64,000 nt of DNA from Eledone cirrhosa. Its lineage: Eukaryota. Under the pieces are notes generated by a model, which saw only the letters and a list, made by a program, of their open reading frames with translations, ran no database searches and was not told the DNA's origin. Where the stretch lies: contig OZ024742.1 in assembly GCA_964016885.1 (NCBI GenBank), positions 294,562,001 through 294,626,000 on the forward strand. Reading direction: 5' to 3'. Below, one piece after another: positions 13,296 through 27,160 of the stretch. The first letter of the stretch is position 1. Every line of letters begins with the position of its first letter. The position numbers and the translations under genes are program-made.

Positions 13296-14040
13296 GATGT
13301 GGTAGAACAGTGGACATAGTAGTGGTATAATGGTAATACAGTGGACATAATGGCAGTGTAGAGGTAGCACTGGTAGAACAATGTGGTGGTTTATTGATAG
13401 AATAGTGAACATAAATTGATGGTAGATTGGTAGAACAGTGTGGCAGTGTAGTGGGAGAAGTGGTAGAATAGTGTAGTTGTTTATTGGTAGAACAGTGAAC
13501 AATATGCTGGTAGAATGGGTAGAATTGGGAATAAAATGGTAGTAGATTGGTAGAACAACAGCATGGCAGTGTAGTGGTTGATTGGTAGAACAGCATGGCA
13601 GTGTAGTGGTAGACTGGTAGAACAGTGTGGCAGTGTAGTGGTAGATTGGTAGAACAGAGTGGCAGTGTAGTGGTAGATTGGTAGAACAGTGTGGCAGTGT
13701 AGTGGTAGATTGGAAGAACAGTGTGGCAGTGTAGTGGTAGACTGGTAGAACAATGTGGCAGTGTAGTGGTAGACTGGTAGAACAGTGTGGCAGTGTAGTG
13801 GTAGACTGGTAGAACAGTGGACATAATAGTGGCATATTTGTAGAATTGGTAGAACAGCGAACATAATGGTGGTGCATTAGTAGAACTGGTAGAACTGGAA
13901 ACAAAATGGTGGTGGGTTGATAGAGTTAGTAGAACAGTGAACAATATAATAGAACAATGAACAGAATGTTGGTGAATTGATAGAATTGGTAGAACAGTGA
14001 ACAATATGATGGTAGAATTGGTAGAACTGTAGACAACATG
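13296..14040. repeat. 32-bp minisatellite (TGGTAGAACAGTGTGGCAGTGTAGTGGTAGAY), degenerate at the edges
   Basis: Tandem units visible directly. Explains the overlapping repetitive minus-strand ORFs with 32-aa periodicity. Confidence 0.9.
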
Positions 14041-15474
14041 AAAGTAATGGTGGTCTTTTTCTACATGCTCTTTGGTTGTCACACTCCCATAACTTCATGT
14101 TTGTTTCACAGATTTTTTTTTGTCATAAATATTTAAGCCAGATATCAAAGGTTTGTTAGGCTCTTAAAATATATTTGACACCCCCAAACAAAATTCTACA
14201 CCTCAAATGTTTGACAAATCTACATCATATTATATGCTTCAAATACATACTAACCCTCACAATATATCCTACTACACATGTTTGACAAAGCCACAATCAT
14301 ATATGCTGCAAATATATACAAATGGTTCTCTATTCTTTAAGTTCAAATCTTGTTGAGATCAATTTTTCATTTCACACTTTTGGACATGATAAAGTTGTGG
14401 GCTGATGGAATTGTTAGAACATCAGATAGGAGGTCTTGTGGGATTTGTTCCAGTTATGCCCCCTGTCATTACAAAATATGATGACATGATTGGACTAAGG
14501 CCCTTATTATTCAAATATGGAAGAAAGCTATGAAATGCCTCCACATAGGGGGCTTGCTAAACATGCATATATATGATTGATCAAATCAATTGACAAGATC
14601 CCAGGCCTCACTCGCTTACCGAATGGGGTGGAACTTGTCAAATTGGACCAAGGAAACAATGTTTCCATTGGTCTTTCTGTTGCTGATACATTTTACTCAT
14701 GCTGGCAGAAAGAGCAATGTGAAATCAAATGTTTTGCTTAAGCTCATAATGCATTTCCCAGTCTAGGAATCAAATTCACAACTCCATGATTGTAAATCCA
14801 ATTCTCTAACCACTAAGCCACATGCCTTCATATATGAACAGTAACAAAAACAACAGCAACAACACAAATGTATATATACCACACCCAAAATATTTGCCAT
14901 GTCCTAAACATACACCACGCCATATACCAAATGTTAACAGTCCACCTCAAAACATCAGTCATACCCCAACATGTTTGTCAATTTGCCCCTGCCCCCAATA
15001 TATGCCACATGTTAAAACTTTCGACAGAATCCTCCTGTTTTTAAAGCAAAATATTTAGAAATTATAAAGAAAATAATGTTAAGGTTTATTTTAAATTTAT
15101 TTTGCCAAAATTTCATCTCCACATTATCAGGATAATTAAAGTTGAGACTTTTTTTTATTATAAATTATTCAATAATGACAACAAATTAATTCTTCAGATA
15201 ATCAAATTCTAAAATATTTCAGTTAATTTCATTTAAAAAAAACATAAAAAGGCAAAACAGAACATTGATGCTGACAGGCCAACGAAAATATATTTTGTAA
15301 TAAATAATTGTACGGTTTGTCATTGCTGGAAGGGGCCATAGAAAAAAACAGTTTTGTTCTTTTGTCTTTGACATAAGATGCAAGCCAATAGTGAATGACC
15401 TCATCCTAAATTGGAGATGTTAGCAGTTTAATTGTTTTTCAGACACACTGATTCTTTCAGAGTGAACATGGTGT

Positions 15475-15680
15475 GGTATTTAGCAGGTTCTATCAGTGTA
15501 ATTATAACATGGTGTTTAGCAAGTTCTGTTGGAGTAAGCCTATAGTCTAGTGTTTAGCAGGTTCTGTTGGAGTAGGAGTATAGTGTAGTGTTTAGCAGGT
15601 TCTGTTGGAGTAATATTATAGTGTAGTGTTTAGCAGGTTCTGTTGGAGTGTAACTATAGGTTGATGTTTAGCAGGTTCTG
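15475..15680. repeat. About 38-bp minisatellite (TGTTTAGCAGGTTCTGTTGGAGTA...)
   Basis: About 5-6 tandem units. Confidence 0.85.
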
Positions 15681-17935
15681 CCAGACCTATTTACAAGAAA
15701 GAAAAGAAAAAAACTCCTTCATATTCAGGAGTGTATTTCACTAATTTCTTCATATCTTAATTAAGATAGAGAGTTAGTGAGATGTGCCAGAGTTTGAAAC
15801 AGAGATTATATGATTGCTGCTATAAGGTCACTGAATATTTACTTTAGCAGAAAGGTCAACCACAAGCTAAACCTGTTCAATTAACTGGCTTAGTAGTAAA
15901 CACAGATCTTAACCCTTTCTTTGTTTCATTTGTACAGAAACCATTCAGTTGATATCACAAGATTTCCCCAACTTCTGCAACAACATCATCTAGAGCTTCA
16001 AGCACCAAGTTAGTGGAATCAAGATGATTCAAGAAATACTAGTTTCTGTGAACATAAAATAAGGAAAGATGTTAAGAAATTAAATTTGTTTTAATAGGCC
16101 CAGGATTGAATACATAAACAGCTTTATCTAAATATCTATTTGATAGATTCTATCAAATTTAATCAAAAAATTATATAATCATTAATATCTACATTGTAAT
16201 TTAAGCCTAAATTCTCTCATATCAGGAATATTTTTGGTAAAAAAAAACAATATTTGAAAATAGTGTGTCCTGCACAAATTGAAAAAAAAATGTTTTATTT
16301 GAATTAATCAGCAAAATGTGAAAATTCAGCAATAAGTAAAAGTTTGTTGGCATTTGGACATTCTGAGACAAAAAAGAAAATTATTGAATTATTTCAGTGA
16401 AGAATCATTGAAAACAATCAATAAAATGTTTGTCCCTAGACTTAGGCAATTATTGTTATAATCAAAGACATCATGTTTGGAGAAACACTAACATAGCCAA
16501 ACAAATGATGATGTGTTTTAATGTCTTTACAAACATTTAAACAATGTCCAGATGTAATATCCAGATGTGATTTCCAGATGTTGTATCCAGCTGTGGTATC
16601 CAGATGGAGTATCCAGATGGAGTATCTTTAGTTTTCAAAACAACTACAAAGTTTTAGTTCATTTGCACATGAAACAGAAATGTTTTTGCCTGTACATGAA
16701 ACATAAATGTTCCCATTAGAAAGACTAGTGTGCACAGGGTGGGTGTGGAGGGGGGTTAAACAAATGTATCATGGTGGTGGGGAAACATGTATTTTAAGTA
16801 AACTATTATTATAATAAAGTTTTTAAAGACTCCTGAATAACACAGAAGGGGAAACATAAAGGCGTCGAACCAGAACTCAACGAAACAGATCCATTTTGGT
16901 TTCTCTTGTTTTCAATGGTATAAGTGCAAAAAGATGAAAGCATGAAGTTTTTTTTTAATTAGAGAAAAACCAAGGACCAAGAAACTTTTTCCCTTTTTTT
17001 TTGATTTGATGTAAATCTGTTTATTATTATTATGATTATTATTATTATTGCTCAGGAAAATAAAATAAAATTAAAGGAACAAAAGGCACACACAAAACAA
17101 CATTATTAAAAGGTGAGAAAGGAAAAAAAATAAAAGGCTTTTGAAATTAAGGAAATGTGGTCTTTAAGAAATATTATTAGCTCAGAGAAAGCCAGATTGG
17201 CTAATAAATAAGAAATCTACCAAAGACTCAGAAAAATGGTGCTAGAAGCAAATTGAAAGATAAGAATTCTTTGATAGAAACGATTCAGATTTTTACCATC
17301 ACCCTTCCCAAATATATTTATATTTTCTGTTTATATTTTATTCGAAGATATGTTTAGAGTGTTCTTCATCCTAATATTATGTATTTTGGCAGAATAAATG
17401 GTTTTTGATTCTTGTCAGCAGAGATCTGTGTTATATTTTAATCATATTGCTGGAGATTTTTTTAGATGCAATTTTCTAAATAAAATAATTTCTTATCCAA
17501 AATTTAGGCAGCTTGAAATTAATTTTGGAATTATTTCTTTACGATGACAATCTTCTAAGAGTGAATCTCACTGGAATAAACAAAGGAGAGGAAGAAAAAA
17601 AAAAGGGGGAAATATAGGACAAGAATTTCAGAAAGTTTCAGAGTTCTGTACAGATTCATCATTTCAGCAAGAACTCCAAAAATGGAAGGAGCAAATGTTG
17701 TAGTGTTAACTTCAGAAACATTTATCAGTAGAAGAAATCCCAAGAACTTGCATTGGTATAGATTGGTGCCAGTCTTGGAATGTCAAACAGCCTAGAGATA
17801 AGACCAAGGTGAAATAAATTTTCACCCAGTCCTTTCTCTCTAATAGCAGCTTACTGCAGAAATTCGTCATTGGCCAAATGTTGAGAAATAAATAGCACTA
17901 GATGGAGGTCTAAGAAAGTGTTGAATTCGCATCGC

Positions 17936-18010
17936 CTACCACTGATCTGGATCATAAGGGTCTTTCCTTTGATAATTGGCAAACGTTGGGTATTGTTCTG
18001 TTGGTGTGAC
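17936..18010 (-). CDS. Gene B putative terminal exon; phase-0 reading VTPTEQYPTFANYQRKDPYDPDQW*
   Basis: Acceptor ttcttgtttctccacctcaag. Followed by about 2.9 kb of TE-poor UTR-like sequence with minus-strand AATAAA near 15085-15100. Reading frame not proven. Confidence 0.5.
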   Translation of the reverse strand, partial: VTPTEQYPTFANYQRKDPYDPDQW

Positions 18011-18143
18011 CTTGAGGTGGAGAAACAAGAATATTTATCATAACACAAGATTTAAATAGATGATATATGGCTATATATATATATATATATGGATAATATC
18101 ACATGAACAGTTCAGAAAAAGAAGTATTAAATAATAATTATAG

Positions 18144-18178
<35 letters not shown>

Positions 18179-18185
18179 GAAGAAC

Positions 18186-18230
<45 letters not shown>

Positions 18231-20525
18231 TATATTAATAGTAATAATGGTTTTGATTTTAGATAAATTTTGTTTCATTCTTAAAAGAAATATTTTGATT
18301 AATTTTGCAAAAGGAGAAAACATCATTGCAACAGTGTAAAGGTGAGAAATCGATGTGACATAGGTTTTCAGCTGATCAAAATAAAACATTTTAAGGAGTT
18401 AAAGATCAAACATAAGACAAAATAAAAATAAAACGATAAAGATTAGAAAACATAAAAAACCCCATAAACTCATAAAACCAAACCAAAATAAGATGTTAGA
18501 TGTTTCTTTCAAAAGAAAGGAGTTTCAACCGTTTCAACACACCCTCCTTTAATCTTTAATCTTCTTTTTCACTGCAAGTCGTGGGTTTGTTCTTTACTGG
18601 AGGCAGTTATTTAGTAAGTGTTAAAGGGTTACATTTTCTGTTTTTACTATAGTTAATTTATCAAAGTTTATTTTTTCATAGATCAATTGGTGCTTAATAC
18701 AAAAATTATATCATAATACATTATGTAATCTTCTAGTTTATATGGACATATGTTTACCAGATGATCATTAGTTTTACACCAGATGAACACTAGATGTTCA
18801 TCAAATGTCTGCTAAATTATATGCATAAGATATTTCATCAAACGTTCACCAGATAAATATTCTTTCTACAGAGAATTGAGTAAAAATGTATTTTTGGCAG
18901 CCCAGCAGACAGTATCAGCAATGGAAAGACCAAATGAAACATAGTTTCCTTGGTCTGATCTCATGATCAGTACTTTTCCTTTCTTTTTGTGTATCTAGTG
19001 AGACTTATCACTACCATCTACATCATCACACACACTACCACTATCAACATCTTGATCATCACATTATTGTTATCAACATTGACATCACCAGCATCCACCT
19101 CATCATCACCAGTGTCATCTTTTTATCAGTGCCCTTGTAGTAGACTTTGTCATCATCACCATCATTATCATCCCCTATTTGAATGTATGTCATCACTTTC
19201 ACAGTACTTGTGCTAGATATAACCAACACTTACCATAACCCTATGGTTACCCTATGTTTAGTTAGTCTTCTAAATCACAGACAGGATACCCTCCACTGAG
19301 TCAGCTAACATTCCTTTAACTCATTACAACCTAAATTAATTTAGCAGAAAATATCTAAAAACAGGTTTATTAATACAATTGTTTATAGTATCTTTACTAG
19401 TAGAGAGATCATTGTAAAACTTTGTAATAGAATAAAAATTTTAAATTTTAATGTGATGTTGTCAATAGTGTAATTTTATAATTTTAATGGATGACTTAGC
19501 TAATGTAGTTTCATGAGGGAGAATATATTAAGAGTTAATAATGTTTACTCCCTGTTTGAAAAAAGGACAGAAGCTGAAATACAATGTCAGAGATGTCAGT
19601 GGTGATAGAAGAGATCAAAGACGTGTGTAGAAGAATTGTAGCAAAAATGTTGGCTGTGGGAAAAACAAAGCATAGGGGACATGTTAATATCCCAGCATGC
19701 AGTGTGGGAGTAGTGGTGATGGTGGTAGTGAACAGCTTAAAAGAATGAATACGTGCTAGTGTGACATATGTGAAGTGGTATATGTATCTTCAGATATTGC
19801 TTGAAAGAAGAAAATGATTAACAAATAATTAAATGAAAGCAGCTTTATACAGGATATCTCTCCTATATTAAGAACACATACACACATGTATATATATATC
19901 ATCATTATTTTATGCCCACTTTCTATGTTGGCATGGGTTGGACTGGTTGTCACGGACTAGGACAAGACTGGTCAGACAACTGTATCCTGCTCTCCCTTAT
20001 ACTAGAAGTATTTTAAAGAAGTCAGTACAATGTAAGTTAGAAATAAAAGAATGAACACAACAGTTGACACTTTTAACTTCTATTTCATGATATTCCAGGG
20101 TTAATATCTATTTCCTTTTCTTTTGAAAAAGATCTTAACCTAAAAATATCATGAAATATGGGATAAAAAGGTGAACCGTTGCTTTATGTAATCTTACTTT
20201 GATAATGTTTTCACTCCTTTATTTCTAACTGGCATTGTACTGGCTTTCCTAAAATAATTTTGACTATGTATATCACATTGCCTCATCATCATCATCATCA
20301 TCATCATCATTTTATGTCCACCGTTACACGCTTGCATGGATTGGACTTTTATAAATTATATATATATAATTTTCTATTAATGATTGCTGTTATTCAGTAA
20401 AATATTTTTCATCTCTCAAACTATTTAAAAGTAAAGGATTTTATATATCCATATATAGAGACAGAGATATCCGTTATAATGCCAGAAAAATAAAACTTGT
20501 GAATTCAAGATTATATGCACACACA

Positions 20526-20559
<34 letters not shown>

Positions 20560-20920
20560 GAATAAACATGTGTATAAATGGATAATGTATTTAGAGATTT
20601 ATAATTCTATACAGTATACACTTATAAACATAAAATATCTACGTATATATGTAGATTATTCAGTAAATTTGGTGATTACTGGAGGTAGTACCACTATGAC
20701 CACTTGATATGAGCAAAATAAGCAAATCAATTCAGTAGTCAGGCCTATTATATAGATAAAGACTTTGAGCCAATTATCTGTGAAACATATGTACTGTCTG
20801 ATATACAATAACAAACATTTTAAAGTGAAACTTCCCTATCTCATACATAATATGTATATATACATAATATGTATATATATATATATGTATATATGTAATC
20901 ACATTTTCTTTCATGTATTG

Positions 20921-20953
<33 letters not shown>

Positions 20954-23027
20954 TGTATGTATGTATGTATGTATGTATGTATGTATGTATGTATGTATGT
21001 ATGTGTGTATGTATGTGTGCATGTATATATATATATATATATACCACGCACACAAGTCATATGAGTAATCACCTTTAGACTGAATAACACAAATCACATC
21101 AATATTTAAGTACAGAGTTTATAATAAATATATTATGAGATAATCTAAGTAAAGAGTAAGTCTATGAAGTCTAGTTGTGGACACAGGTATAGCTGAGCGG
21201 TTAATAAGTTTGCCTCCCAAGTATGAGATCCCATGTTTGATTCCACTGCATGACATCTTAGACATGAGTCTTATGACACAAGCCTTGTGAGTGAAACTGG
21301 GGAGAGGGAAATTGGAAGTTTATTTCGCAATTTTTTCGATGACTTAAAAAGTGTGCTGTTGTTTTTAGTAAGTCAAGCATTCTCTCAGGAAAAAAAATGC
21401 AATAACTAATTGGAATCTGTTTTGAGATATATTTCTGGGGTGTTGAGGATAGGACCTATTCTATCAAGTTTACAATGTTATCAAGGTTATATTTCTATCC
21501 CTTCAAAATATAAGTATGTTTCAAATATATTTAGGTTGAAGATATGTAGGCAGTGAATTGGCAGAGTGTTATTCAAGCATCAGAATAAATGCCTTAGTAT
21601 TTGTTCTGGTTCCCCGCGCTCAGAGTTCAAATCCTACTGAGGTCAGTTTTGATTTTTATTCTTTTAGTGTTGATAAATATCATTTAGGGAGCAGTGGATT
21701 GGCAGAGTTTTTAAAGAGCTGGATCTGATGCTGTAAACCATCTGATCCAGCTGTGTGCATTCTGAGTTCAAATCCCATTTCCTTCTGTTACTAGCAGATA
21801 GTATCAGCAGTAGAAAGACCAATGGAAATATCATAGCTATTGTTCAATCTAATGATCAGCCCCTTTCCTATTTTGCTGCTGTAAAAAATATTGCACTTAT
21901 AACCTCAAATGACTGGTCTCTAACTTATTATCAGAAATTTGAACAACTAGCTTGCAAAGGTCGCATACAATTTGCTAATAAATAGACTATAAAAGGCAAT
22001 AGCTAGTGGGCATCTAGCTTCTCGCTGTGAATTAACAGAATTGTTCAAGAATTGGAAAAAAACGCTTTGTGGTATTTGTTCTGGCTCTCTGCACTCCGAG
22101 TTTAAATTTTTTACTTCTTGGGGTTGATAAAGTAAAGTATCAGTCCAGGACAGTGTATTGGCAGAATTATTAGAGTGTTTGATGAGATGCTTTGTATTAT
22201 TTATTCAAGTGGGTTATATTCTCAATTCAAATCCTGCTGGGACCTATTCGGGTGTTAGTCTTACTCCATTACTTAGTTTAACATGAACACCTGGCCCTCT
22301 CAGTGTCTTTAGTGGAGCCCACTCTGTTGCAAGCATTTAGGTTTCTGGTTTGAGGACTCCTTCCTCTCTCTTTCCAATCATTCTTGGAGACCCTGAAAAA
22401 GGTCATGGACACAAGTATTCCCTCTTTGACTAAACAGAAAAATATTGGACAAAAATAATTATATAATTAATTGGTTAATTAATTAGTTATTATTTATGTG
22501 TTATTCAGCTATAATTATTTTGTTGAAATTTCCACTCTAAAATTTCCAATTTAATAATCTTCATTTTCTCCAGCTTCCATAGAAAGTAACTTGATCCTTG
22601 TTTGTTACAGAGCCAAATAAAGATGTTTATTAACATCAAAAAGATAGTACTAATGTGAAATGAGTACAATTATAATGGAGTATGTTTTCTTTGAAAGTAT
22701 TCTGATATAGAAAAGAAGTTAGTTAGTGATACACTCAGAAGAATATTTTTTTATCCACCAAAGATTCTCATTTCTTTAATATTTTCCAAAAGTAAAATGT
22801 TTCAATTTTGAAGGGAAAATTTAACAATTTAAAGATTTCATAAATATAGTTGTTAGAAAACAAAATATTTCATATCGATATCAATGGCTTATTAGACTTC
22901 TCATATCTGAGGTGTCAAAACTGTCTATTCATAATTTTATGCTAAATATATCTAGCAGTTGATATGTGAAGTTGTAGCAATGAAATTTTTATTGAATAAA
23001 AGAAGCTACTAGTTAGAATGCCAGTAA

Positions 23028-23243
23028 GGGCAGTGGATTGGCAGAATAGGTAGAGCGTCAGACACCCACCATACTTTGCAGCATAGAGTTATGGCTCTTT
23101 ATGATCTGAGTTCAAATCCAGCTGAGATTAGCTTTGCCTTTCATCCGTACAGTGTCGATAGAATAAAGCACCAGTAATGCATTGGGGTTGATTTAATCAA
23201 CTTTCCTCTCCCCTAAAATTGTGCCTAAATCAGAAACCATTAT
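23028..23243 (+). mobile_element. SINE family A, full-length
   Basis: GGGCAGTGGATTGGCAGAAT head, GAGTTCAAATCC, conserved core and CCATTATT tail. Another copy at 13111-13267. Confidence 0.8.
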
Positions 23244-24769
23244 TCAAAATGCCAGTAAATTTTCACTTATTACAAATAGTATTTCACTTTCTATAAATAA
23301 TATTTTACTGATAAGATATTGTTATATTTCCAAAATCACTATTTTGTTTCTCACTTTTTCTTTAAGCTTATCCTTATTGCTATACGATACTATTAACCTC
23401 TCTCATCTGTTTCTATCTATCAGTTTAACACTTTTGTGACCATATTTCTAATGAAATACACTCTATTTCAATTAATTAATGAAGAATTTTAAGGGATTTT
23501 CTAAAATTAATTATTTCATTATAAAGTCAATAACTTCACATATGATTCTTATAAAAAATTATGTTGAAAGATAACCCTTTAAAATGGGTGGTTTTGTTAA
23601 TGGAATCACAGTTGATTTTGACTGGGTTGGTATCAAAGGGCGAAAACGGTACTCCTCATTTTCTATCTTCAACTGTTTTATATGATACTAGGAAGGTTAA
23701 AGTAATAAATCATGAGGCAGTTGAATCAATAAAAGAAATGGGTATCTCTGTGAGTTTCATTGTTTGATAATGATGTTATAATATATATATATATATAACT
23801 TATAAAATGATTGCATCTCTCAAGGTAGAGACTGGTATTTCTTCTAGAAAAACAAAACAAAACAATCCCTATAACATTGTGGCTGTATAGAGGTTGTCTC
23901 AAATATAAAATAAAACTCATGTTGTTTTATCTGAAAGAAATGTCATTAATAATGTTCCACATTGGCCAGGGAAAGATTGGACAATTGCAATAATAAATTG
24001 AAAGCAATTCAAGCAAACCCTTCTAAACTGCTTTTTGTTAAGTGGAATCAATCAGCAGATTGTATCAACAATGGAAAGACCTATGGAAATATTATTTCCT
24101 TGGTCTGTTCTGATGACTGACTCCTTTGCTTTTTGTTTTCAATAGAAACATAATATGTCATGCTAATGTTGAGTGGTTATCTTTAGCTGAAGACAACAGC
24201 CAGGAGCAGAATGTCGTTCCAGCATGTGTTTTAGCACTGCTGCATATAGATAAGCTATAGAAAGAGGTAGAATATTGCCCAGCTAATTCTAGCACTATTG
24301 CAGACCTTACAGAGGAATTTGATTCAGTGTGATCTCAGTGAGGCTTTTAAAAGCAATGTTTAGAGCATAAGGCATGCAGTAAAAGCCTTAGAGAAATTCC
24401 AGAAAATAAAACAAAACAAACAAAAAACCCCAAACAAAAAAAAAAATTCCAAAACAAAATTAATTTTAGAAATAAGAAGAGATCATCTGATATATTGTGA
24501 CTTCAAGAAAATTTCAGTTGTGCGTTGTTCAAGAAGACCAACATACCAATTTATAGTAAGTGCACTCCACGAAGACCAAAGACCAACATAGCAACATATG
24601 CTGGGAAAAAAAGGCTTTTAAGAAGGAGTTGAGTATCTGTGTTATAAAAAAAGTGCGAAGCTCTTCCATAACAATGCTTCTGTACACTCGATGCAAAATG
24701 GTAGATGCTGCAGCCTTCAGCAAGGAAGTTTTTGGTTTTCTGATTTTACTCACCACATGTTACATCTTT

Positions 24770-24925
24770 TTACTTGTAACTGGAGCTGAAATTGGAACTA
24801 GAGGATGGGTATTTCTGATATTTGTATGATAACCAATTTATTTTGGAAGCAGTAGAAGGGTTTCTTGCAGAATAATCGTCTGGAATAGCTATAGCTGAAC
24901 ACCGCGGGATATTAGGAGTAGGCGA
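24770..24925 (-). CDS. Gene B putative alternative stop-containing exon, SPTPNIPRCSAIAIPDDYSARNPSTASKINWLSYKYQKYPSSSSNFSSSYK* (exon extends to 24754)
   Basis: Acceptor tttgttttctactatatag. Only phase 0 is open. Strong donor GTG|gtgagt 16 nt after the TAA. Confidence 0.5.
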   Translation of the reverse strand, partial: SPTPNIPRCSAIAIPDDYSARNPSTASKINWLSYKYQKYPSSSSNFSSSYK

Positions 24926-26689
24926 CTATATAGTAGAAAACAAAATAAAATGTCTTTAGTGGAGTTTGAACCCATAACTTCGTATTTCCTACCACATCAG
25001 CTTGAGCTCAGTGAGATGGTCTTATTGTGACTTTGAGAAATTCAAAGTAATTTCTTCCTCCTCCTATAATTCTATTTGGCTATTTTATCTAAATTAGAGA
25101 AAAGGGGGAGAGGGAAATAAAATTGTTGAAATATCTTAACATTTTGTTACTGAATGTTTTTGGAAAATATTTTTGAGTGGAATCTTTCAAAGGTTTGTCT
25201 GAATAATTGATTTAAGTCTTTGAAATATTAAAATCGAAAAAAATTAATCAAAGCACACCAAATATTAGACAAGAACTGTAAACAACACATACAAAAAACA
25301 AGGAAAAGAAGCTAAAAGGCTTATATAAAAAAAAACCCCATTAGATATGATGGTTTGATATTTGTGTTTCTGCTTGTTTTCTGATGGAACAGTAGCTTAG
25401 TCATCTTCAATATACACACACACACACATATATATACATACAAACACACACACACATATATACATACAAACACACACACACATGCACAGATATACACACT
25501 CACATGCACATGTTTACATGCATATTTATAGACATACATATGTATGTGTGCAGTAAAGTGGTGTTGAATACAATTTATTTAGAGTTGAAATCTTATGAGT
25601 CACATATAATATATATGATGCATATAATATATATATATATATATATGTATGTATATACAATCATCCCTAGTGTATTATGGAGTTTGGATCAGGTTTATAT
25701 GAGTAGTTAGAAATAGTAATGGTTATGTGAGTAATAAGGAAGAGAATTGTGTAATAAGATTTTCTTGTTCCACATACACATAAATACACACACACACACA
25801 CACATTATATCATACACACATTATATCATACACACATTAGGAAGGGCATCCAGCTATACAAACCAAGTCAAAATCAGTTCTGTATGAGCAAGACATGGTC
25901 ATCTGACTTGGCTTGTCTTACAACAGGCCAGCTCATCTAACCCATGCCAGCATGGAAAAATGGATATTAAATGGTGATGATGATGATGATGATGATGATA
26001 TGTATATATATATATATATATATATATGGAAAAGAATGAAACAAAATTTCATTTCTCACTCTTAGTACGGCTGATACCTAAATATATATATGTATACGTA
26101 CATACATATATGTGTACAGACGTACAGTAGTATGTATATATATACATACATGCACACATATATATATATGTACGTATATATATATATATATACATACTTA
26201 TACAACAATCATCTTCAGTTTCTGTCTATCAAATTTCTCTCACATGGTATTCATCAACCTGAGGCAAGAGTAGAAGACACTTGCCCAAGATGCCATGCAG
26301 TAGCAGTGAACCTAAAACCACATGGCTGCAAAGTGAAGCACACATCCATGCATCTATACATACATATATAACATGATTTACATACACACACATATACTTT
26401 GACATTTACTCATTCATTTCATGGGCCCTTTCCAGGTCTGAACACAACTTATTTCTTCCAAAGAAATAAAAATAGAGTGAGAGAGACAGAGGGGAAGTGA
26501 AAAAGAAGGATAGAAGAAGAATTAACTTCATTATTGGACAGGTACTATATTTATCAAAAGAAATGTAAATTTGATCTTGGCATGGTTTGAACTCAGAATG
26601 CAGAAAACCAGAACAAATACTATGAAGCATTCTATCCGATGTTCTAACGATTCTGCCAATTAACTGCTTTTATACACACATATATTATA

Positions 26690-27160
26690 CAAACACATAC
26701 ATTACACAATTTTAAACAAACACATATATTACATGATTTTAAACAAACACATATATCACATGATTTTAAATACACACATATGTTACACAATTTTAAACAA
26801 ACACATATATCACATAATTTTAAATATACACATATGTTACACAATTTTAAACAAACACATATATTACATGATTTTAAACAAACACATATATCACATGATT
26901 TTAAATACACACATATGTTACACAATTTTAAACAAACACATATATCACATGATTTTAAATACACACATATGTTACACAATTTTAAACAAACACATATATC
27001 ACATGATTTTAAATACACACATATGTTACACAATTTTAAACAAACACATATATCACATGATTTTTAAATACACACATATGTTACACAATTTTAAACAAAC
27101 ACATATATCACATGATTTTAAATACACATATATTATATGATTTTAAACAAACACAATTTT
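26690..27160. repeat. 27-bp minisatellite arranged as a 54-bp dimeric higher-order repeat
   Basis: Alternating CATGATTTTAAATACACACATATGTTA and CACAATTTTAAACAAACACATATATCA units; 18-aa periodicity in the ORF track. Confidence 0.9.

Noticed and set aside
13252-14098. Long overlapping minus-strand ORFs (276, 203 and 127 aa)
   Set aside because: Translations of a stop-free 32-bp minisatellite, open in all three frames.
24050-24130. GAAA-hairpin-CTGATGA motif resembling a permuted hammerhead (related copies near 14645, 18905 and 21790)
   Set aside because: No room for stem I, a G at the cleavage position, and the core is not kept in the other copies. Treated as a dispersed repeat fragment.
26644-27140. 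Cys-rich and His-rich repetitive ORFs
   Set aside because: Artefacts of the 27/54-bp tandem repeat, open on both strands.
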